This document shows, piece by piece, positions 38,554-47,932 of a stretch of 47,932 nt of DNA (position 1 is its first letter; each line of letters begins with the position of its first letter). A model generated the notes under the pieces. It had not been told where the DNA came from. It made no database searches and saw only the letters and a list, made by a program, of their open reading frames with translations. This stretch comes from Neocallimastix sp. 'constans' (taxonomy: Eukaryota), in NCBI GenBank assembly GCA_050613775.1, contig JBODTK010000149.1:372001-419932 (forward strand), given 5' to 3'. The position numbers and the translations under genes were made by a program.

Positions 38554-39233
38554 ATTTATTAATTTATTATTAATAATTTTAAAATAACTATTTTTATAAT
38601 TTTTATAATACTCATTAATATTTATAATGCAATTATGTATTTATGCTTAATAATATTTTATTAAAATCATTTTATTTATTCTATTTATGTAATAATTTTA
38701 AATTTATTTTATTGTTTTTAATTATATAACTCTATCAATTAAAAAAAATAAATAAATAAGATTATGTTTTTTTTTAATAAGTAATATATATTCTTTTTTA
38801 GTAATTTAAACATTACAAAAAAAAAAGAAAGCAATTTTATAAGTTTTAATAAATAGAATATATTACGATAAAAATATTATTTTAAGTTAACATTTTATTT
38901 AAATCAAATAAAGGCTAAAGGCTATAAATATATTTAAGATATATAAATAAAAGTAGTATTTACTTTATCAAAAGTATTTATTGAATTTAGTGGAAATGAA
39001 CTTAATAAAAACAGAATATATATAAAGTATTAAAGATAAATATTTTTAAAATATATATTTTTTTTATTGTATATATAAATTAATTATTAAATTTCGTTAA
39101 ATTTTTATTATAATAAAGGTACTAAATAGATTATATATTTTATCTTTTATTATTTTTATAATTTAATTATCAAATTAAATAAATTGTTTAGTTTTATTCT
39201 ATATTAGTAAAATACTAATTCTATCATTTAAAT

Positions 39234-39539
39234 CAGTAAGACAGGCTAGCAGGGTCAATGACTCTAAGATTATAATTTCTTTCAGATAGTCAATTCAAAC
39301 TCTATTTCAGATTAAGTAATGTGGAGGTGAGGATCGTTTCATAAGAACTTTTTTCTGAATTTATTCATACATTTTATTTTGAATATTACTTTTTATTTCA
39401 TGTTATATTTTAAATATTATTATGTTCTAATTGGACTTATAATATTTATTTTTTAATTTATTATATTTTTTAATAGAAAATATTCGTATAATTAATAAAC
39501 TAATAAATAAATAAAGAATAAAGTTAGCAATAAATGCTG

Positions 39540-39578
<39 letters not shown>
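39234..39578 (+). mobile_element. 5'-truncated non-LTR retrotransposon 3' end with ~35-nt poly(A) tail and 12-bp target-site duplication
   Basis: tatcatttaaat at 39222-39233 and 39579-39590; poly(A) 39544-39578; body colinear with 7553-8107 and, in reverse, with 11045-10995. Confidence 0.88.
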
Positions 39579-39581
<3 letters not shown>

Positions 39582-41763
39582 CATTTAAATTAATAATATT
39601 ATATACTATTTTTAATAACCTAATCTAAAATAATAGATAGAACGATATTTATTTATACATATATTTAGTATTTTTTATTATTATTGTTTTATTAATTTCT
39701 TTTTTATTCATTTTTAAAAAACACTACGTTAAAAATATATAGAAATTATAAAAATAAGATTATTTTTATCTATATTTTAATATAATTGAAAGTAAATGTG
39801 ATATGTAATTTATTAATTTCTATTAATTATTTATTTTTTTATAACATATTACAATTTAATCTTTAGTATTAGAAAAACAAAACCTTAACCAATATGGAGT
39901 TTAATTTTTTTTTTTAATATTTTTTTTTTATATATATTTTTTTTAAATTGTAATCAATTAAAAAAAATCATTAATGACTTTGAAAATATAAAAAAAAAAA
40001 TAATAATAATTAGTTTTAAAAAAGTTTTTATATATATATTTTTTTTAATTTATATACACATAATAGTAATTGAACTTTTTATTTATTAATAAATAAATAT
40101 AAATAAATATATATAAATATAAATAAATAAACAAAAAAAGAAATAAATAAATAAATATACATTTAAATTTTATAGCTAAATAATTTAAATTTTTTATGCA
40201 AATGCTATAAATATATATGAGCATATTTATAAAAACATTATGTAGAATTTTTTTTTTCTAAATGTATGATATATATAAAATTTTGTATAGAAAAATAAAA
40301 GTATAATATAAATATTTTATTCATTTTGATATTGTTTAATAATAGTATCTTCGATTATTTTGTTATAGAAATTTTTATTATTTATATTATTTTCATGTAT
40401 TTGTAAATTATTATATTTATTGCATTATTGAATTTCACTTTTCAATAATTCAATTTGAAAAGTTAAAATATATATATCATTTGAATTATATGTTAAATTA
40501 TTATTATAAATGATAAAATATAATAATAATATATATATTAATATATATATTGGAAAAATTAAAGAATTCTAAAAGAAAGAATTTTTTAAATTTTAAAAGG
40601 TACAATATAAATATTTTTTTTATTATTTTCTTGAATTGAAAATATAAATAATAGTAAATAATTTAATTAACATAAATCTTATTTCCTAAAACTTTAATTT
40701 TGGAATATTTATATATGGAAATTTTTTAATTATAATAATTTACATGTGAATGATAAATAATATATTTCATAATTTTTTTTTTTTTTTAAAGATGTATCAT
40801 TCATTTATTGTAGTTTAATAAGGTTTTATAACAAAATTAATTAAAATTTAACATTAATTAAAAATATAATATGGTGGCTAAGTCACTTTTTTATTATCAT
40901 TATAATAATAGCAAATCATATAAATCATAATATACATACTTTTATATAAAAGTATGTATATATAAGAAATATAAACTATAAGAAAATCTATATATATATA
41001 TATATATATATATATTATGATTTTCAATAACAATTAACATTCAATAATTTTTAGTATAAATGTACAAAATATTTATATTTATATTTTTATTTCTTTTTAT
41101 TTATTTTCACATATATCAAATTTTTTTTAAATATTATTTTTTTAATCATTTAGATTGAAATTAAAAAAGCCACATTTCTTAAATAATATAAATGTATATA
41201 TTAAATACAAATTACTAATAAATAATATAGTTATCTGTAACTGAAAAAAATTGAGCCTCATAATTAAATACAATAATTTTATTAATATTATATATTTTAT
41301 TTTTAAAAATATATGTATTTTTGTTTTAATATTAATTATAACCCTACTATTGTATATATATTTTTAATTATTTATTTATTTTTGTCCAATATTTATATTT
41401 ATATATATATATAAAAAATGATATATATAACATTTTTTTTTTTTTTTTTTTTTTTATACTCTTTTTAATAATATATTCTAAGTTCCATTTAATAAAATAT
41501 TATAAAAGGCTGAAATAAATAAAAAGGTTTTTAAATAATCTTGTTATTTTATCTGTACATTAACAATAATAATAATAAATAAATAATTATATAAATAAAT
41601 AAATTATAATAGATTAAATAAATAACAATTAAATAAAAAAAACATTTATTTCAAAAAAAAATATATATATATATAAAATATAAATATAATAATATTATAC
41701 AAAAATTTTTGTTCTATTAAAACAAAATAAAACAAAAAAAAAAAAAATAAAAATAAAAACAAA

Positions 41764-41898
<135 letters not shown>

Positions 41899-42075
41899 TA
41901 ACTATTGAATTAAAATATGTAAAACAATACTAATAAATAAATAAAAAAAATTAATACTAAATTGATAATAATATATCTATTTTGTTTTATTTTATTATAT
42001 TATATTTTGTTTTATTTTTTTATATTTATATTTTTTCATTTTTATTTTTATTTTTTAACTTCATTCAAATTAGAG

Positions 42076-42229
42076 ATGTCTCGTAGAAGTGCTAGACTAA
42101 GTAAAAAGCAAAATGATCTTTTCAAAGATTTACTTTTTACTTTAACTCCTGGTGTTGCCAATAGTTCAAATACAGAAAGTAAAATTACAAAGCAAGGGGG
42201 TAAAGTTCAAAGGATTTATACTAAAAAGG

Positions 42230-42269
<40 letters not shown>

Positions 42270-43016
42270 TTTGAATTTATTATTTTTTTTAATTAATATT
42301 ATAATAATAAAAATTATGAAATACGTGAAGTATTAATATAATTTATAATTATAATTTTTACAATATATTATATAATTAATATTATAACAGGTTAATTATG
42401 TTATTGCTTTAAAAAAGGAATTAACAGAATCAAAATTGCATTCAAAAATTAAAAATGGTTTAGAGAATACAGAATGTAAAGTAGTTAGTGAAGATTTTAT
42501 TGATGATTGTATTAAAGAATCAAAAATTGTAGACGTTGAAAATTATTTATTGAAACCTTCAAGTGACGAAGATAGAGAAACACAAAAAAAAAAGGCTACT
42601 AAAAACAATAAAAATGAGCAAGAAGAAGAAAATGAAGAAGATGATAATAGTAAAGAAGAGAAAAATGTTACTAAAAAGAAGACTAAGAAAGAAAAAGAAG
42701 ATGATGATAATGATGGTGAGAAAAAGAAAAAAGTTACAAAAAAGAACCCTAGAAAAGGAAAAGATGGAGATAATGGCGATGAAGAAAAAAAAAAGAAAAC
42801 TACTGGTAAGAGAAAAAGAACTACAAAGAAAGAAAAAGAAGAGAAAGAAGATAAAGGTGATGTTATGGATATAGATGAAAAGGAAGAGGATGAGAACGAA
42901 GAAGAGGAGGAAGAAAAAGAAAAAATTGTTAAAGAAATAAGAAAAGGAAGAACTGTAAGTTATAATATTATTCTATTTATAGTTTTTATTTTATATTTTT
43001 GTTATATATGTATATA

Positions 43017-43075
<59 letters not shown>

Positions 43076-45119
43076 TATATTATTATTATATAAATAGATT
43101 GTTCAAATATTAATATTTATTTAATTTTTATTAATATAATTATATTTAATTTATTAAAATCTTATCAATAACCTCAACATCAATAACTAATAATAATAAT
43201 TATTCAGGTTGTCGATTCACTTGTTCCAAATAGTCAAGTTTGTATATTAACTTTATTATTAAACAATAAATATATATATATATTATTATTATTAATAATA
43301 TTAATGTATTATTTATTTAAGGATTACCATGTTTATGAGGATGGCGATGAAATTTATGACGCTACTCTTAATCAAACAAACATTGCTAATAATAATAATA
43401 AGTTCTATAATCTTCAAATTTTGAAGAAAGATAACAATTCTTCAGGTTATTTCTTCTGGACAAGGTATATATAATATTAGTTATTAAGAGTAAAAAATAT
43501 TTTATTTTATTGTATTTTTCCTTTTTTTTTTTTTTCTGTATTATATAATGTATATTATATTTTTCTTTTTTTAATTCATATAAAAATTTTTTAAAATATC
43601 ATTATAAGATGGGGTCGTGTTGGTGAAAAAGGTCAAAATAACTTGTTAATTTGTAATAATAAAGATATGGCAATTTCTCGTTTTATGGCAAAGTTCAAGG
43701 ATAAGGTTACTATTAATAAATTATATATATTACAAGACTAATAAATTTAATTTGCTCTTAACCCTTATTCTATATATATAATCTTTATTAATATTTTATG
43801 AAAAGACTGGTAATAATTGGGAAGATAGAAAGAATTTTGTTAAAAAAAACAAAAAGTATTTCTTAATTGAACGTGATTATGGTGTAACAGAAGAAGAAGA
43901 AGAAAATATAAAAAAGAAGGCCAAAAAGGAAGAAAAAATTAATATTCCAGATTCAAAATTGGATGAAAGAGTTCAAAATCTTATTAAATTGATTTTTGAT
44001 ATTTCATTAATGGAACAAGAAATGGCAGAAATTGGTTACAATGGTATTTTTCAAATGTTTTTTATATTTTTGTTTTTATTTAATTGATTTTTATATAAAG
44101 TTTAATTAATTATTGTTTATATCATAATAATGTGAAATATATATATTTTAAAAAATATTATAAATATATTAAATTATATATAATTAAATTATTTTAGCTA
44201 AAAAGATGCCGCTTGGTAAACTTACAAAGGATCATATTAAAAAGGTATGAAAAAATAAAAATAATTAATTAATTAATTAATAATTGTAATGACCAAATAA
44301 TAATATACTGTTATAATATATAGTTATTAATATAAAATTTAATCATTAATTCTATAAATGTAGAGTTTTGATGTATTAAAGAAATTAGATGATGAATTAA
44401 GTAAAGAGCAACCAAAACCGTAAATAGTTTTTATGAATTTTTTTTTATTATTATTATTTTTATTTATTTATTTATTTATTTATTTGATATATAATCTTTT
44501 TTCTAATGAAATATTTTTATCACTTTATTATTTTATTATTTTTTTTATTTTATTAACTACAAAGAGCTTTGTTATCAGATTTAACATCTGAATTCTATAC
44601 TATTATTCCACATGATTTTGGTAGATCAAGACCTCCTGTTATTAATAATAAAGTATTACTTAAAAAGAAAATTGAGATGGTAGAATCATTGGCTGATATT
44701 CACATTGCTACTACTTTATTAAAGAACCAAAAAGTCGAAATTACTGAAAATCCAATTGATACAAACTATAAATCATTGCATTGTAATCTTAGTCCATTAG
44801 ATCATAAATCTGAAGAATTTGATATGATTAATACTTATGTTAAAAACACACATGCAAAGACTCATTCTTGGTATGAACTTGAAATTGATGATGTATATAT
44901 TGTTGATCGTGAAGGTGAAAAGGAAAGATTCTTAGGTGATAAGTATCCAGATAAAAAGAGAAAGCTCTTATGGCATGGTTCCAGACTTACCAATTTTGTT
45001 GGTATTTTAAGTCAAGGTTTAAGAATTGCTCCACCTGAAGTAAGTTTTATATATATATGTATATTTCTTATTTTTTTTTTTTATAACTAAAATAAAAATA
45101 TATAAATACTTCGTAATTA

Positions 45120-45160
<41 letters not shown>

Positions 45161-45737
45161 TTTGAACAAAACCAATTCATTTTTTAAAACAATAGGCTCC
45201 TGTTACTGGTTATATGTTTGGTAAGGGTGTATACTTTGCTGATATGGTATCAAAATCGGCGAATTACTGTTGTGCTTCCAACCAATTAGGTTTGATGTTA
45301 TTATGTGAGGTTGTAACTGGTGAAGAGAATAATTTATTTAGTGCTAATTATAATGCTGGTGAGTTGGTTAAAAAGAATAATAAGGACAGTACCAAAGGAT
45401 GTGGAAGAACAGCACCAGATCCAACTAAATCTATGTATACCAAAGATGGAGTAGAAGTACCTTATGGTCCAGCAATTGATGTAAAAATTGATGCTACATC
45501 TTTATTATATAATGAATATATTGTTTATGATGTTGCTCAAATTAAAATGAGGTATATATTATATAATATTATTAATATAATTATTAAAATTATTATTTAT
45601 TTAATTATGAAATAATAAAATAATATAAAGTTTACTAATGTCCTTTTTTTTTTTTTTTTTTAAATTAAAAAAATTTATTATATCATAACTCTAGATATTT
45701 AATTAAAATGAAATTCAAAAAACCGTCTAAAAATTAG
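42076..45737 (+). CDS. PARP: Poly(ADP-ribose) polymerase: BRCT-like N-terminus, Lys/Glu-rich linker, WGR, regulatory and catalytic domains; 11 exons (42076-42228, 42391-42954, 43208-43237, 43322-43464, 43609-43705, 43806-44043, 44198-44244, 44364-44419, about 44565-45039, about 45197-45551, 45695-45737)
   Basis: [132 protein letters not shown] triad intact. Confidence 0.96.
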
Positions 45738-46161
45738 AATTGATACAAATATATTTATAAAAAATTAATATATTTTGCAGACAAATATAATTAAAAAAAA
45801 AAAAAAAAGAAATACTATAGATTAAATTAAAATATAGTATTTATATTTACTATATAGTAAGGGAACTAAATAAAAATTTTAAATTTTATATATAATTGTA
45901 TTAAATAATATTTTATATTAATCTTATAAATGTAAATATAATAAAGTATTATAATAAAGTAATAAAAATAAATCAATAGCCCAATAAAAAAAAATATTAT
46001 ACTATTCAATTAGTTTTATATTATTTATTATATATATTTTATAAGTTAAGATGGAATATTTATATTTTATTTTTCTAATATATTATTTTTTATAAGTTTA
46101 TACTATATTTTATTATTATTGTTGTTGTTCTAATTGTTGTTATATATATACAAATATAAAT

Positions 46162-46197
<36 letters not shown>

Positions 46198-46339
46198 AAT
46201 ATTGTTGTTTACTGTTTATTATAATTACTAATTTTATTTGTAAAATATATAATTAATATTTATATTATAAATATATAATAATATATATATATATATAAAT
46301 ACTATTTTTTTATATTCTTTTTTAATTTCTTTTTTTTTT

Positions 46340-46390
<51 letters not shown>

Positions 46391-46496
46391 TTATTTATTA
46401 TTTTTATATTATTATTATTTTAATTTAAAATTATGATATTTATATTAAGTAAGAAAAAGAAAATTATTGAGTATACATATAATAAATATTGAATAA

Positions 46497-46537
<41 letters not shown>

Positions 46538-47932
46538 TTAAAAGTTTTCTTTATTAATTTTTCTGCCAAAATGCTGTGAATTTTTAAATTCAGCATATAA
46601 ACTAAAAACAGTATGCATACTTTCTATTAAATTACGATGATTTCGTTTTAGGGATGGTTTTATTTCGTCCTCCTCTTCATTTATACTTTTTTGATTTGTA
46701 TTATTATTATTTGAAGAATACACTGGAATATCAAGAATACTACATACTAATTTACATATGTCTTGTAATGGCAAATCTAATTGACCTATAGAAAAATTAT
46801 TATCCTTTTTTTTTTTATTTATTTATTAATATAAATATATTTAATATAAAAATTTTTTTCATTAATATATTATTTAAAAACAATTAAATTTTTTAAAGTT
46901 TAAATAATTTTTATAATAAAAAAAAAAAAAAAAATAATTGAATAATTTATATATAAATTATATTGCATTTTTAAGAAATATATATATTTATTGATTTACA
47001 TTTGAACTAAAGAATTCATCTATTTCTGGTGGCCATTCTGCCATTAAATCTTCAATATCAGCCATACGTTTAGAATAGATAACACGATCAGATGGTTTTA
47101 AGGAATAAAGATTTTGTGCATTTTCTACCCATTTATTTAATTCTCTCATTCCTTCTCTTCCTTCTTCGGAATCATTGAAATTTAAGTTAATAGAATAAAC
47201 ATTTTTGTTATTTTCATCAGAACTTGTTGATAATAGTGAAGCACGTAACTCTAAATCCAATACTATTCATTTATATATATATAAATAATTATTTTTATAA
47301 AAAAAATTTGTTGAATAAATTGACAATGATAAATTGATTATAATTTATTATTTATCATAAATATATTTCATAAATTTAATTAAAATAATAATAAAAAAAA
47401 AAGTTTTATATTTAATATATTTATTAATTGAAGATAAAAATAAAAATAAATATAAGCGAATATATATATTATAATGATGATGATAATGAATGATTTTTAT
47501 AATTTATATATATATTTATATATTATTAAATTTACATGCTGGATCAGTTTGTTTTGCTGCTGGTTCATCTAAAACTTCTGTTCCAAGTTCAAGATTTGAA
47601 GTTTTTTCATCTTGATTTGGTTTTGGTATCTATTTTTAAATATTAATATATATATTAATGTATATACATTGAATATAATAAAATATCAATATCGTTAAAA
47701 AATTTGGGTAAGCAATATCAAGGATTATTAATTATATTTAATATGAATATCACAATTTTTAATTTCATATTAATACACATATATATATATAAATATATAT
47801 ATAAAGATCACATACTTTAATAATTGGGTCAATATCTCCTACAGCTGGTATATAATCTGGAATAAAACATTTAAGTTGGGGTATCAGTGTAAATTCTTCT
47901 GGTTGATATGTATTGATATATATAAATAATTC
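46538..47932 (-). CDS. IFT46: Intraflagellar transport complex B protein 46; 5' part beyond the right edge. Exons >47932-47816, 47629-47536, 47262-47000, 46804-46538
   Basis: ELFIYINTYQPEEFTLIPQLKCFIPDYIPAVGDIDPIIKIPKP, LGTEVLDEPAAKQTDPALLDLELR, YSKRMADIEDLMAEWP, ILDIPVY, LIESMHTVFSLYAEFKNSQHF. Confidence 0.93.

Noticed and set aside
41962..42075. N-terminal hydrophobic extension of PARP suggested by the ORF track
   Set aside because: Starts at a non-ATG codon in T-rich UTR sequence; the first ATG is at 42076

Overview
Extremely AT-rich, intron-rich eukaryotic DNA, most consistent with an anaerobic gut fungus (Neocallimastigomycota). This is an inference from the AT content, a flagellar IFT46 gene, CBM10/dockerin-like modules and a giant ankyrin-repeat gene. 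Seven protein-coding genes were reconstructed by hand from GT-AG boundaries: ANKRD13-like (-, runs off the left edge), GTP cyclohydrolase I (-), HEATR6-like (-), a 2205-aa ankyrin-repeat protein with an intron-free CDS (+), a secreted and probably GPI/membrane-anchored non-catalytic protein with two CBM10/dockerin-like domains (+), a BRCT-WGR-type PARP (+) and IFT46 (-, runs off the right edge). Intergenic DNA is mostly microsatellite and homopolymer but hides several mobile-element relics that the ORF track misses. Two are 5'-truncated poly(A)-tailed retroposon insertions with perfect target-site duplications (25488-25961, 16 bp; 39234-39578, 12 bp). A decayed LINE retains reverse-transcriptase motifs (about 10866-12000). 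A further copy of that family (about 7490-8107) is interrupted by a 183-bp TIR element with a 9-bp TSD, and the empty site is visible in the 39-kb copy. There is also a ~300-bp foldback inverted repeat. I see no CRISPR array, rRNA or tRNA, and no clearly new multi-gene system. The best candidates for undescribed biology are the anchored non-catalytic CBM10/dockerin protein, the three-tier repeat architecture of the ankyrin protein, the LINE/MITE families and poly(A)-type 3' splice sites.
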